Assembly (NCBI GenBank): GCA_963775425.1
Contig: CAVZJB010000006.1
Span: 160,001-224,000 of the forward strand
Source of the DNA: an uncultured delta proteobacterium
Lineage (GTDB): Bacteria; Myxococcota; UBA727; VGSZ01
DNA length: 64,000 nucleotides
Reading direction: 5' to 3'
Positions 54,460-63,998 of the stretch are shown in pieces; the stretch's first letter is position 1, and each line of letters opens with the position of its first letter. The notes below the pieces were generated by a model, which was given only the letters and a program-made list of their open reading frames with translations, was not told the origin of the DNA and searched no databases. The translations under genes and the position numbers were made by a program.

Positions 54460-57102
54460 CTACTTGACCGCCCGCCGTCTTCTTCGCAGCGCCAGGGCGA
54501 CGAGCAGCGCCCCTCCCGCGACGCCCTCGGCGGGCACCCGCGACGACGTCGACGAGGTGCACGAGCAGTTGTCGACGAGCCCCACGTTCACCTTCAGGAG
54601 GGTCCCGCGCCCCGTCTCGAGCTGAAGCACGCCCGCCGGCGGGGCGTCCGACGCGGCGGCGGCGCCGGCAGGGTCCGGCGGCGTGAAGCGCACGATCAGG
54701 ATGATGCTGTCCCCCGGCTGCAGCGCGAGCTTCGACTGCAGGATGGGATCGACGGAGAAGCCCTGCGACGCGCCCTTGTGCATGATCGGCGAGAAGAGCT
54801 GCACCGGGCACGCGCTGGCGTTTTCGACCTTCAAGGACGCCGACGACGCCTGACCGGTGTCCGGCAGCAACAGCGCGCTCGGAGACGTCTTCAATGACTC
54901 CACGCAGGCGTCGCCCTCGCCCTCGCCCTCTCCTTCGGCGCCGCCGTCGCCGTTGTCGGTGATGGTGAAGCGGACGGGCGCGATGCCGGTGACGTGGTAG
55001 GGGCAGTCGGCGCCGCCGCAGTCGGGCAGCGCGAAGTCGAACGTCTCCGGGCCCTCCTCGACGGCGTCGTTCACGCCGACCACGTCGAGCGAGAGGACGC
55101 CGCGCCGCAGGTCGGGCACCACGTCGCTGTCGATCTCGTTCAACACCTGGATGCCGCGAAGGCGATCGAGGATGTGGTAGTCGACGCCGACGTCTGCGAT
55201 GCCGTCGCCGGGCGGCGAGAGCGAGGCCGACACGAACACCCGCGCGTACGTCCCGAACGACTCGCTCTGGCAGATGTCCACGGGGCTCTCCAGGAACGTG
55301 GACGCCGACGACGTCACCGCCGCGCCTACGAAGTCGCCGTCGCCGGTGGGGCCGGGGCCCGAGGCGAAGCCCCACCAGTTGCCCGACGCGTCCACCGCAC
55401 CGCTGTTCTTCACGTCGACGGCGGGGGCGCCGTTGCCCATGATGCAGTTGTTGTGCAGCGCGACCGCGCCGGCGCCGTCGACGACGACGGCGGAGCCGCT
55501 GCCGGCGAGCTTCAGGTCGATCGACCCCACCGTCTGGCCGAGCTCGTCGACGCCGGGGGACGCGGCGGTCAGCGTGATGTTCGGTCGCGAGAGGTTGTTC
55601 TTGATGTTGTTGTGCGAGATGTCGGCGTCCGGCGCGGCGCCGTTTCTGTCGACGAGGTCGCGCACGAGGACGGCGGCGCCCGCGCCGTTGGCCTCGTTGG
55701 CCACGAAGGTGTTGTCCGTGAGCGCGAGCGTGGCGCCGACGTGGAGGACGGCGCCGCCGTCGCCGTGGGTGGTGTTGCTGTCGAAGCGCGCGCCCGCGAT
55801 GCGCACGGCGTCGCTGGGCGGCTCGTCGAGCACGGCCACCGCGCCGCCGCCGGCCGGCGCGAAATTCCCCTGGTAGGTGCCGCCCTGGATGCTCAGGCTG
55901 CGCGAGAGCACCGCGCCGCCGACGCTGGCGCCGTCGCGGGCGACGTTGCCGGTGAAGGTGTCGTTGAGGAGCGTGGTCCTGGCGAGCGAGCGGACGCCGC
56001 CGGTGACGTCGCCGCGGCCGTTTTCGACGACGGCGGTGTTGATGCCGAGCGTCACGGGCACGAGGGTGCCCGTGCCGTCGTCGCGCGTGGCGGCGGTGGC
56101 GTCGACGGCGCCCACGGGCCCGCCGCGGTTGTGGGTGAAGCCCGTGCCGCCGGCGATGAGGGTGTCGGTGGCCGTGGAGATGCCGCCGACACCTGTGTCG
56201 CTCGTGTTCTCGGTGAGCGCGCCGCCGGTGATGCGGAGGGAGCCGCCGGAGGCGACGAGGACGCCGGCGGTGCCGCCGCTGTTGGAGTCGAAGGTGGCGT
56301 CGGTGATGGTGGTGTTGGTGGAGACGGACAGGACGCCCGCCTCGTCGCCGGAGTTGTCGCTGAAGTCGCCGCCGGTGATGGTGAGCGAGGTGGCCGACGA
56401 GGTCACGCAGCCCGCGGCGTGCCCGTGGTTGGCGTCGAAGGTGCAGTTCTGCAGCAAGGCGTCGCCGCCGGCGAGCGAGAGCACGCCGTCGCCGACGGCG
56501 TCGTCGTCGCCGCTGGAGGTGAAGTGGACGTTGGCGGCGGTGAAGGTGGACAAGAGTCCACCGGTGGTGGCGACGTCGGTGACGTGAACGGCCCCGCCGC
56601 CGATGACGTCACCCGCCGCGTTGGCGCCGGGGCGCGCGTCGACCACGGTGAGCGACTCGAGCCGGAGATCGGGCTGGACGTCGAGCACCGGGTCGGGCCG
56701 CACGAGGAACATGCGCACGTTGTCGTTGTCGTCGAGGGTCGCCAGCCCGACCGCGTTTCCCTTGATGGTGATGGGCGTGGTGACGACGGGCAGGGCGACG
56801 GGGCCGAAGTCGGGATCGGTGAGCGCCGGGGTGTCGAACGCGATGACGGTCTCGCCTTCGTTGCCGTCGGGGTTGGCGGAGCCGATGACGATGACGTCGC
56901 GCGCGGCGTCGGCGTTGGCGGCGGTGATGGCGGCGGCGAGGGACGCGGCGTCGACGGCCTCGCGCACGCAGATGGCGTTCGCGATGCGGCAGACGGCGGG
57001 GGCGGTGCAGTCCGCGTCGGTGGTGCAGGCGCCGCTCTCGGCGCGCGCGGCCCCCGAGGCCAGCGAGGCGGTCACGGCGACGACGGCGGCGAGGGTGCGC
57101 AT
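54460..57102 (-). CDS. Large surface protein: beta-helix (GGAV / FxxN repeats), Calx-beta-like and Ig-like domains, MYXO-CTERM-like anchor
   Basis: Signal ..ARA-E; GGAV...FxxN repeats; ASGNWWG; NDAVEEGPETF; CSC...hydrophobic...RRRRR end. Confidence 0.82.
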   Translation of the reverse strand: MRTLAAVVAVTASLASGAARAESGACTTDADCTAPAVCRIANAICVREAVDAASLAAAITAANADAARDVIVIGSANPDGNEGETVIAFDTPALTDPDFGPVALPVVTTPITIKGNAVGLATLDDNDNVRMFLVRPDPVLDVQPDLRLESLTVVDARPGANAAGDVIGGGAVHVTDVATTGGLLSTFTAANVHFTSSGDDDAVGDGVLSLAGGDALLQNCTFDANHGHAAGCVTSSATSLTITGGDFSDNSGDEAGVLSVSTNTTITDATFDSNSGGTAGVLVASGGSLRITGGALTENTSDTGVGGISTATDTLIAGGTGFTHNRGGPVGAVDATAATRDDGTGTLVPVTLGINTAVVENGRGDVTGGVRSLARTTLLNDTFTGNVARDGASVGGAVLSRSLSIQGGTYQGNFAPAGGGAVAVLDEPPSDAVRIAGARFDSNTTHGDGGAVLHVGATLALTDNTFVANEANGAGAAVLVRDLVDRNGAAPDADISHNNIKNNLSRPNITLTAASPGVDELGQTVGSIDLKLAGSGSAVVVDGAGAVALHNNCIMGNGAPAVDVKNSGAVDASGNWWGFASGPGPTGDGDFVGAAVTSSASTFLESPVDICQSESFGTYARVFVSASLSPPGDGIADVGVDYHILDRLRGIQVLNEIDSDVVPDLRRGVLSLDVVGVNDAVEEGPETFDFALPDCGGADCPYHVTGIAPVRFTITDNGDGGAEGEGEGEGDACVESLKTSPSALLLPDTGQASSASLKVENASACPVQLFSPIMHKGASQGFSVDPILQSKLALQPGDSIILIVRFTPPDPAGAAAASDAPPAGVLQLETGRGTLLKVNVGLVDNCSCTSSTSSRVPAEGVAGGALLVALALRRRRRAVK

Positions 57103-57220
57103 GGGGGCGAGCGTACCACCGGGCGCCCGGCCGCCGCCGTCTGCGACATCCGCGCACGTCGTCGCCGACCCTGGGCCGACGACAACGGCGGCGACCACGC
57201 GCGCCGCAGGCGAAAGCGCA

Positions 57221-58618
57221 TCAGGGCCAGAGGCGCTCGAGCGTGCGCGCGAACGGGATGGTCTCGCGCACGTGGTGCAGGCCGCAGAGCCACGTGACGG
57301 TGCGCTCGACGCCGAGGCCGAAGCCCGCGTGCGGCACCGAGCCGTACTTGCGGAGGTCGAGGTACCAGGTGAACGACTCGGGGTTGAGCTGGTGGCGATC
57401 GATCTCCTTGAGCAGCAGCTCGAGGTCGTCCTCGCGCTGCCCGCCGCCGACGATCTCGCCGTAGCCCTCGGGGGCGAGCACGTCGAAGCCGAGGGCGACC
57501 TCGGGGCGGGCGGGATCCTTCTTCATGTAGAAGGCCTTCACCGCGGCGGGGAAGCCGTAGACCATGATGGGGCGGTCGTAGCGCTTGGTGAGCTCGGTCT
57601 CGTGGGGCGAGCCGAAGTCCATGCCCCACGTGATCTCGAGGAGCTTGCGCTGCTCGTCGTGCTCCGGCCCCTCGGGGACCTCGTCGCGGATGGCCTTCAG
57701 TTGCGCGAGGGCCTCGTCGTACGAGATGCGCGGAAAGGGCTTCTTCACCGCCGCGATGAGCTCGAGGTGCGCGGTCATGGCCGCCTTCTCCTCGGCGTGC
57801 TGCGGGATGTTGTCGAGGATCTCGTCGCGGTGCTTGTCGAGGACGCGCTCGACGATGGTGCACAGGAAGTCCTCGGCGAGGTCCATGTCCTGGTCCATGT
57901 CCATGAACGCAGCCTCGGGCTCCACCATCCAGAACTCGTTCAGGTGCCGGCGCGTCTTGCTCTTCTCCGCGCGGAACGCGGGCCCGAAGCAGTACGTCTT
58001 GCCGAACGCGAGCGCGGTGGCCTCCTGATAGAGCTGGCCCGACTGCGACAGGTACGCGTCGCTACCGTCGAACCACTCCGTCTTGAACAGGGTGGTGGTC
58101 CCCTCGCAGGCGTTGCCCGTGAAGATGGGGCTGTCGACGAGGAGGAAGCCGTGGTCGTCGAGGTAGTCGCGGATGGCCTTCACCACCGTGGCGCGCACGC
58201 GCAGCACGGTGAACTGCCGGCGATCGCGCATCCACAGGTGCCGATGATCCATGAGGAAGCCGGGATCGTGGTCGTCCCCGCCGCCCTTGCCCTTCTTCTG
58301 GATCGGGTACTCCTGCGCCGTGCTGACGACCTTCACCGCCTTCACCTGCAATTCCATCTTGCAGTACGGCGCGCGCTCGTCGGCGCGGAGGGTGCCGGTG
58401 ACCTCGAGCGCGCTCTCGGCGCCGAGGTGCTTGCAGGACTCGAACGTGGCCTCGTCGACGTCCTGCACCCCCATCACGCACTGCATGAAGCCGCTGCCGT
58501 CGCGCATGTGGAGGAACTGAACCTTGCCCGAGCCGCGGCGGTTGGCGAGCCAGCCCTTGAGGGTGACCTCCTCGCCCACGTGCTTGCCCGCGTCGCCGAT
58601 GTGAACCCACGTCCCCAT
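57221..58618 (-). CDS. asnS: Asparagine--tRNA ligase
   Basis: GNACEGTTTLF, YLSQSGQLY, FRAEKSKTRRHL.EFWM.EPE and PHAGFGLGVER motifs. Confidence 0.96.
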   Translation of the reverse strand: MGTWVHIGDAGKHVGEEVTLKGWLANRRGSGKVQFLHMRDGSGFMQCVMGVQDVDEATFESCKHLGAESALEVTGTLRADERAPYCKMELQVKAVKVVSTAQEYPIQKKGKGGGDDHDPGFLMDHRHLWMRDRRQFTVLRVRATVVKAIRDYLDDHGFLLVDSPIFTGNACEGTTTLFKTEWFDGSDAYLSQSGQLYQEATALAFGKTYCFGPAFRAEKSKTRRHLNEFWMVEPEAAFMDMDQDMDLAEDFLCTIVERVLDKHRDEILDNIPQHAEEKAAMTAHLELIAAVKKPFPRISYDEALAQLKAIRDEVPEGPEHDEQRKLLEITWGMDFGSPHETELTKRYDRPIMVYGFPAAVKAFYMKKDPARPEVALGFDVLAPEGYGEIVGGGQREDDLELLLKEIDRHQLNPESFTWYLDLRKYGSVPHAGFGLGVERTVTWLCGLHHVRETIPFARTLERLWP

Positions 58619-58756
58619 GCCGTCCTCCGTCGACGACGGTGCTAGGGAAACCGCACCCGCGCGTCAATTGCACCCCTGTGGCGCCCGCGGAATCCGCCGG
58701 CGCCCGTACACCGTTTGGCCGATGCGCCTTCGGCCGGGGCGTCGCACCGTCGGCCC

Positions 58757-59767
58757 ATGCGCGTTTCCCTCGGCCTCGCCGCCCTCGCGTCCGCCGCGCT
58801 CGCCGCGTGCGGCGTCGACCCCGCGTCGACGCCGCCGCCGTACGTCGAGGGCCCGCCGGCGTCCCCGGGCCCCATCGTCCCCCGCGCGCCCGTCGAGCTC
58901 GCGCCCCCCGCGCCTGCCGCCGACCCGCCCGCCGCAGACCCGCCCGCCGCAGACCCGCCCGCGGACGACCCGCCCCCGGATGACCCGCCCGCCGACGACC
59001 CGCCCCCGGATCCGACCGCCGGCTGCGCGCAGGTCCGCGTCGTCAACACCGCCGGCGCCACGCTCAACGTGCGGCCCGATGCCTCGACGGCAGGGGCGCC
59101 GGTCGGCGCGCTCGCGGCGGGGCAGGTGGTGGACACCGTGGACGTCGTCGACGGCGAGGACGTCGACGGGGTGACCACGTGGTACGAGATCGACGACGGC
59201 GCCGGCCTCGGCGGCTTCGTCTCCGGCGCGTTCGCCGCCTGCGTCGACCGGAGCGCGCCGCCGCCCGCGGGCGGCATCCTGCTGCCGCTTCAGTGCGGGA
59301 CCACGGCCACAGTCACGCAGGGGAACAACACGACCTTCAGCCACAACGGCAAGGGCGCCTTCGCGTTCGACTTCGGCCTCGCGCGCCACACACCGCTCGT
59401 CGCCGTCGCCGCCGGCACCGTCATCGCCGCCAACGGCTCCGTCCACGAGGGCGACCCCTGCTGGAGCGGCGGCGGCCAGGAGTGCGCCAACACCGTCAAC
59501 TACGTCCTCGTCCAGCACGACGACGGCACCGCGAGCCTCTACATGCACCTCGACGCGCCGAGCGTCTCCGTCGGCGACGTCGTGGCGCGTGGCCAGCAGG
59601 TGGGCCTTTCGGGCGGCACCGGCTGGTCCACCGGGCCGCACGCCCACGTCCAGCGCCAGGAGCTGTGCGGCTCGTGGTGGTGCCAGAGCGTCGAGACCCG
59701 CTTCGCCGACGTCGACGGCGGCGTCCCGCAGACGGGCGACGTCGTCACTTCGCAGAACTGCCCCTGA
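58757..59767 (+). CDS. Lipoprotein with SH3b and M23 metallopeptidase domains
   Basis: LAAC; ADPP repeats; LNVRP..ST; H....AFD; YMHL; STGPHAH. Confidence 0.9.
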   Translation: MRVSLGLAALASAALAACGVDPASTPPPYVEGPPASPGPIVPRAPVELAPPAPAADPPAADPPAADPPADDPPPDDPPADDPPPDPTAGCAQVRVVNTAGATLNVRPDASTAGAPVGALAAGQVVDTVDVVDGEDVDGVTTWYEIDDGAGLGGFVSGAFAACVDRSAPPPAGGILLPLQCGTTATVTQGNNTTFSHNGKGAFAFDFGLARHTPLVAVAAGTVIAANGSVHEGDPCWSGGGQECANTVNYVLVQHDDGTASLYMHLDAPSVSVGDVVARGQQVGLSGGTGWSTGPHAHVQRQELCGSWWCQSVETRFADVDGGVPQTGDVVTSQNCP

Positions 59768-59806
59768 ACCCGCGCCAACCGCCGCACGATGTGCTAGCGG
59801 CGGCCC

Positions 59807-61045
59807 ATGCGCCTTGCTCCCGCAGTCGTTGTCGCCGTCGCCGTCGCCGCCGCCTCCTCGGGGGCGCGCGCCGCCGATGCCCCCCAACCCGAAGCAGCGC
59901 CCGCACCGCCGCCCGCCGATGCCCCGCCCGCCGCAGCCCCGCCCGCCGCAGCCCCGTCGCCTGACGCGTGCCCGGCGCGCGACGTCTGGCCCGCGCCGGA
60001 CTGGCCGTCCCGCGCCGACGACGTCCGCAAAGAGCGCGCCGCCGAGATCGCCGCGCTCGAGAAGTATGCGTTCACGCTCGAGGGCAAAGACGCCGACCGC
60101 AAAGGCGTGCGCACCGACGCCCTCCTCATCGTGCAAGGCGGCGCCGTCGTCTACGAGCGCTACGCGCGCGGGTTCACGGCGCTGAAGCGGCACCTCGCCT
60201 GGAGCGCGAGCAAGAGCCTCACGCACGCCCTCACCGGCGTCGCGGTGAGAGACGGGCTGCTGTCGACGAGCGACTCCATCTGCAAGAGCCTCAAGGACCT
60301 CCCCGCGACAAGCTGCGCCATCACCGTCGACGACCTCCTCGAGATGGCCTCCGGCCTCGACTGGAAGGAGGTCTACGAAAACCAGTCCAACCAGGAGTCA
60401 TCGGTGCTCGCCATGCTCTACGGCCAGGGCTACGGCGACATGGGCGGCTTCAACGCACGTCACGCGCTTCGCGAGCCGCCGGGCACGAGCTGGATGTACT
60501 CGTCCGGTGACACCAACACGCTCGCCGACGTGCTCGGCGCCGTCATGCTGAAGAAGTTCGGGCCCCTGTACCCGTGGCCGGCGCTCTTCGATCGCATCGG
60601 CGCCCGGCGCGTCGCCTTCGAGCGCGACGGCTCGGGAGCGTTCGTCGGCGCTTCGTACTGGTACGCGAGCGCGCGTGACGCCGCCCGCCTCGGCTACCTC
60701 TACCTGAACGACGGCTGCTGGAAGGGCGCGCGCCTGCTGCCGGCGGGCTGGGTCAAGGACGCCACCACCGTCAGCCCCGCGTTCAAGAACAAGCGCATCG
60801 ACGCAGACCCCGACGACGTCTACGGCAAGCTCTGGTGGCTCAACAAGGCCGTCCCCGAGGCCGGCATCAAGCAGCCGTACCCCGACGTCCCCGACGACTT
60901 CTTCGCCGCCCAGGGACACTGGGGCCAGAGCATCAACGTCATCCCCTCGCTCGACCTCGTCATCGTGCGCTTCGCCGACGACCGGGACCACAGCCTGGAC
61001 AAAAACGAGCTCCTGAAGCTCGCCATCGCCGTGGGGCGCCCATGA
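59807..61045 (+). CDS. Beta-lactamase-fold serine hydrolase (AmpC-like)
   Basis: Signal peptide; WSASKS (SxxK); LLEMASGL; WMYSSG; AQGHWGQ. Confidence 0.88.
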   Translation: MRLAPAVVVAVAVAAASSGARAADAPQPEAAPAPPPADAPPAAAPPAAAPSPDACPARDVWPAPDWPSRADDVRKERAAEIAALEKYAFTLEGKDADRKGVRTDALLIVQGGAVVYERYARGFTALKRHLAWSASKSLTHALTGVAVRDGLLSTSDSICKSLKDLPATSCAITVDDLLEMASGLDWKEVYENQSNQESSVLAMLYGQGYGDMGGFNARHALREPPGTSWMYSSGDTNTLADVLGAVMLKKFGPLYPWPALFDRIGARRVAFERDGSGAFVGASYWYASARDAARLGYLYLNDGCWKGARLLPAGWVKDATTVSPAFKNKRIDADPDDVYGKLWWLNKAVPEAGIKQPYPDVPDDFFAAQGHWGQSINVIPSLDLVIVRFADDRDHSLDKNELLKLAIAVGRP

Positions 61046-61401
61046 GCCGCGCCGCCTTCGCCGTCCTGCTCGTCACCCTCGTCGCCGGCGCGTGCGCCAC
61101 GGTGCCGCACCCCGAGGGCCCGCCCACGCGGCCGTACGCCACCGGCGACCTCACGTTGCTCGTGCATTACACCGCCAAGGAGACGTGCTCGTGCCTCTAC
61201 GTGCAGGAGATGCCCGAGGACTTCTGCCGCGCGTACACCAAGGCCAAGCCCGCGGTGGCGTCGTTCGAGGTGAACGACAAGGACCACTCCGTCACCGCGA
61301 GCGCGCTCGGCTTGTGGTCCGCGCGGGCGCACTTCGTCGACGACAAGACCGGCTGCGTCCTCGAATCCTTGATCAGCGCAGCCGCTCGCGCCGGTCGCTG
61401 A
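61042..61401 (+). CDS. Small Cys-containing lipoprotein
   Basis: ATGA-coupled; AGAC; YTAKETCSCLYV...FC...GC. Confidence 0.72.
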   Translation: MSRAAFAVLLVTLVAGACATVPHPEGPPTRPYATGDLTLLVHYTAKETCSCLYVQEMPEDFCRAYTKAKPAVASFEVNDKDHSVTASALGLWSARAHFVDDKTGCVLESLISAAARAGR

Positions 61402-62283
61402 TCAGAAGTCGAGGTGGATGTGGTCCGTCTCGAAGTTGCGCGTGCCGCCGTGGTTGTTGGCGATGCGCTCGATCTCGGCGGCGCTCAAGGTGCGGCCGTG
61501 GCTCGCGCTCAGGTGATCGTGCTGGTTCGGGCCGTTCACCGAGATGTCGACGGCGTGGCCGCTGTAGTGGTTGGAGTTGAACGAGTGCGTGCCGCCGGTG
61601 AGGGCGTTTATCTGGATGGTGCCGCGCTTGGACATCGCCACGAGCGACTGCATGAGCTTCAGGCTCGGCTTCACGTCGCTCGGCCCCGTGTGGTTCGTCG
61701 CGGAGACGTGGGCGGGGAGGCCGCGCGCGAGGCGCTCGAAATTCGCGCGCTCCGAGCCCGTCGACAGCCCCGTCCAGAACGTCACGTTCTTCGAGTGAAG
61801 CAGGAGCTTCGCGCAGCCGGCCACCGTCGAGGTGTCGCCGCCGGCGTGATGCACCGGCGCCGCGTCGTGGGCGCCCTTGGACTTGTCGAGCGCGCCGTGT
61901 GTCAACGGTCCGACGACGCCGTCCTGCGCGAGCTTGTGGTGCGCCTGGAAGGACCGCACGGCGGCCTCGGTCCTGGGGCCGAAGTCGCCGTCGACGGCGA
62001 GGTGCGCGCCGTGTTGGTTGAGCTGCTGTTGCAGGTGGCTGACGGCCGCGCCCCGCGCGCCCCGGCGGAGGGTGGGCTCCATCTTCAGGGCGCGCCGCTG
62101 CATCACCTCGCGGCCGGCGGCCATGCGGCGCGACGACGACACGGTGGCGGCGTCGGCGCGCCGGCGCGCCGGGGCCTGCACGTGCGCCGGCGCGGGGCTC
62201 GGGTGGCTCGCGGGCGCGGTGACGCCGCCCATGGGGCGGGCGCGGGTGACGGGGTGCGAGGCGGTTTCGGCGGTGGGTGTCAC
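61402..62283 (-). CDS. Peptidoglycan-binding domain plus M15-like Zn peptidase
   Basis: LRRGARG..V..LQ..L, DGDFGPRTEAAVRSFQ, DGVVGPLT; S.H..G.AVD and HIH motifs. Confidence 0.85.
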   Translation of the reverse strand: MTPTAETASHPVTRARPMGGVTAPASHPSPAPAHVQAPARRRADAATVSSSRRMAAGREVMQRRALKMEPTLRRGARGAAVSHLQQQLNQHGAHLAVDGDFGPRTEAAVRSFQAHHKLAQDGVVGPLTHGALDKSKGAHDAAPVHHAGGDTSTVAGCAKLLLHSKNVTFWTGLSTGSERANFERLARGLPAHVSATNHTGPSDVKPSLKLMQSLVAMSKRGTIQINALTGGTHSFNSNHYSGHAVDISVNGPNQHDHLSASHGRTLSAAEIERIANNHGGTRNFETDHIHLDF

Positions 62284-62375
62284 GAGGGAGATATCGGCGC
62301 ACAGCGCGGCACCTCCGTCGGACGAACGGCCTAAGCCGTGGTCGAGCGTCGCACGGAGCGTCGTAGGCTTTCGGG

Positions 62376-62954
62376 ATGGTGCGCGCCGTCGTCGTCGCCG
62401 TCGCGATCGTCATCGCGATGGTCTTCCCGTTGCTCGGCGCCGCCTGCACGCCCGACGCAGGCGCGGCCGACGCCGGCGCCGGCTTCCGCGACGACGCCGG
62501 CAACATCAACGGCACGCCCGGCGTCGACCGCGTCGCCGACACCTGCGATCGGGTGGACTTCGACCTGTCGCAGTGCGCCGGCGACCCCGACAGCTGCACC
62601 GCGGACAATCAATGCGGCGCCGGCCAGCGCTGCTTCCTTCACCAGCCGCACTGCGAGTGCCGCGCGGCGTGTGCCAGCGACGTCGACTGCGCCGCCGGCA
62701 CCGCCTGCGCATGCGACCTCGACGCGTGCGTGCCCGCCGACTGCCGCAGCGGCGCCGACTGCGCCAGCGGCCACTGCGGCGTCGCCCGCAGCCCCGGCGG
62801 CTGCCGCGAGACCCTCGCGTTCAAGTGCCGCGTCGGCACCGACCCGTGCGACTCCGACGACGACTGCCCGGCGCCCGCCGTCGGCCACGCCGTCTGTGCG
62901 CCCGTCGACGCGGGCTTTGCCTGCGGCAACGTCTCCGGCGATCCGTGCAACTGA
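62376..62954 (+). CDS. Cys-rich lipoprotein
   Basis: LGAAC; repeated CxxDxDC units. Confidence 0.75.
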   Translation: MVRAVVVAVAIVIAMVFPLLGAACTPDAGAADAGAGFRDDAGNINGTPGVDRVADTCDRVDFDLSQCAGDPDSCTADNQCGAGQRCFLHQPHCECRAACASDVDCAAGTACACDLDACVPADCRSGADCASGHCGVARSPGGCRETLAFKCRVGTDPCDSDDDCPAPAVGHAVCAPVDAGFACGNVSGDPCN

Positions 62955-62999
62955 GTGACGTGACCGAGCGCCGGCCCTGAAAGACGTCCCTGAAAGACG

Positions 63000-63515
63000 T
63001 CAGCGGCGCGTGGGGCGGGGCGCGGGCTTCTTGTGTGCGGGGCGCGCCTTCAGGATGGCGTGCAGCGCCGACGACGTCGCCCGCGCCAACGCCAGCGCGC
63101 GCTTGCCGAGCGGGGTCTTGCCCTTGGGGTCGAGCTTGGTGGCGGCGACGAGGTCGTCGAGCGCCTTGTCGAGGCGCCCCTTGCGCAGCAGGAGGTCGGC
63201 GCGGTTGACGCGGGCGGTGAGGTTCCTGGGGTCGAGCTTGAGGGCCTTGTTGTAGTGCTTGAGCGCCTCGTCGTCCTTGCCCTGACGGCCTTCGATGGCG
63301 CCGAGCAGCGCGTGGAAGTAGGCGTCCTTGGGGTTGGCGAGGATGAGGCCCTCGAGGATCTTGCGCGCGCGATCGACCTGGCCGTGCTCGAACCAGCGGT
63401 GGGCGACGAAGGCGATGCCGTACGCCTCCGTGCGCGTGAGGCCCATGGCCTCGGCCCACGTCATCTTTCCCTTCTGGACGTCGTCGAAGATGTCGGCGGT
63501 CGATCGCGTTGCCAT
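63000..63515 (-). CDS. TPR protein resembling SycD/LcrH-type T3SS chaperones
   Basis: About 170 aa; GKMTWAE.MGLT..EAY.IA...G....A..I.EGL...NP.D.Y...LG; about three TPRs. Confidence 0.75.
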   Translation of the reverse strand: MATRSTADIFDDVQKGKMTWAEAMGLTRTEAYGIAFVAHRWFEHGQVDRARKILEGLILANPKDAYFHALLGAIEGRQGKDDEALKHYNKALKLDPRNLTARVNRADLLLRKGRLDKALDDLVAATKLDPKGKTPLGKRALALARATSSALHAILKARPAHKKPAPRPTRR

Positions 63516-63527
63516 CGCGCCGTTGTA

Positions 63528-63998
63528 CTACGCCTTGGCGTTCCTGATGGCGGTCATGCCCTCTTCGGTCATCGCGTTGATCGTGTTCGACATGGCGTCT
63601 TGCACCTGGGACATGCGCTGAATCTGCATCTTGAGGATCTCGAACTGCATGTCGCTGCTGCCGGCGTCGAGGTCGCTCTTGGCGCCCGTGAGGTCCGCGG
63701 CGCTCGGGCCCTGCGACGACGTCGCGGGCGCGTCACCGTTGGGCGCGCCGCCGGCGCCGTCGAGGCCGAAGCCCGTGCGCATCTGCGCCGTGATGTGCGC
63801 GCGCGGCGTGACCTCCGGCGCGGGCGGCGTCTGCGGCGCGGGCGCGGCGGTCTGCGGCGGCGTCGCGTCCTGCGACGGCGGCGGCGTGGCGACGTGGTTG
63901 GCGCCGCCTTCGGGCGAGAACACGGGCGGGGGCTCGGGCTCGCAGGGCGGCGGCGGCGGGCAGTGGCAGCCGCAGAAGCCGGTGATCTTCTTGCCGCC
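63528..63998 (-). CDS. 5'-truncated protein with T3SS needle/translocator-like C-terminal helix
   Basis: Frame open to the window edge; Pro-rich, then MQFEILKMQIQRMSQVQDAMSNTINAMTEEGMTAIRNAKA*. Confidence 0.65.
   Translation of the reverse strand, partial: GGKKITGFCGCHCPPPPPCEPEPPPVFSPEGGANHVATPPPSQDATPPQTAAPAPQTPPAPEVTPRAHITAQMRTGFGLDGAGGAPNGDAPATSSQGPSAADLTGAKSDLDAGSSDMQFEILKMQIQRMSQVQDAMSNTINAMTEEGMTAIRNAKA

Noticed and set aside
59807-61045. True beta-lactam resistance gene
   Set aside because: Has YSS rather than YxN and lacks KTG, as in esterase/amidase members of the fold.
58757-62283. Prophage lysis module
   Set aside because: No holin, structural, terminase or integrase genes; the M23 protein has a lipoprotein signal.
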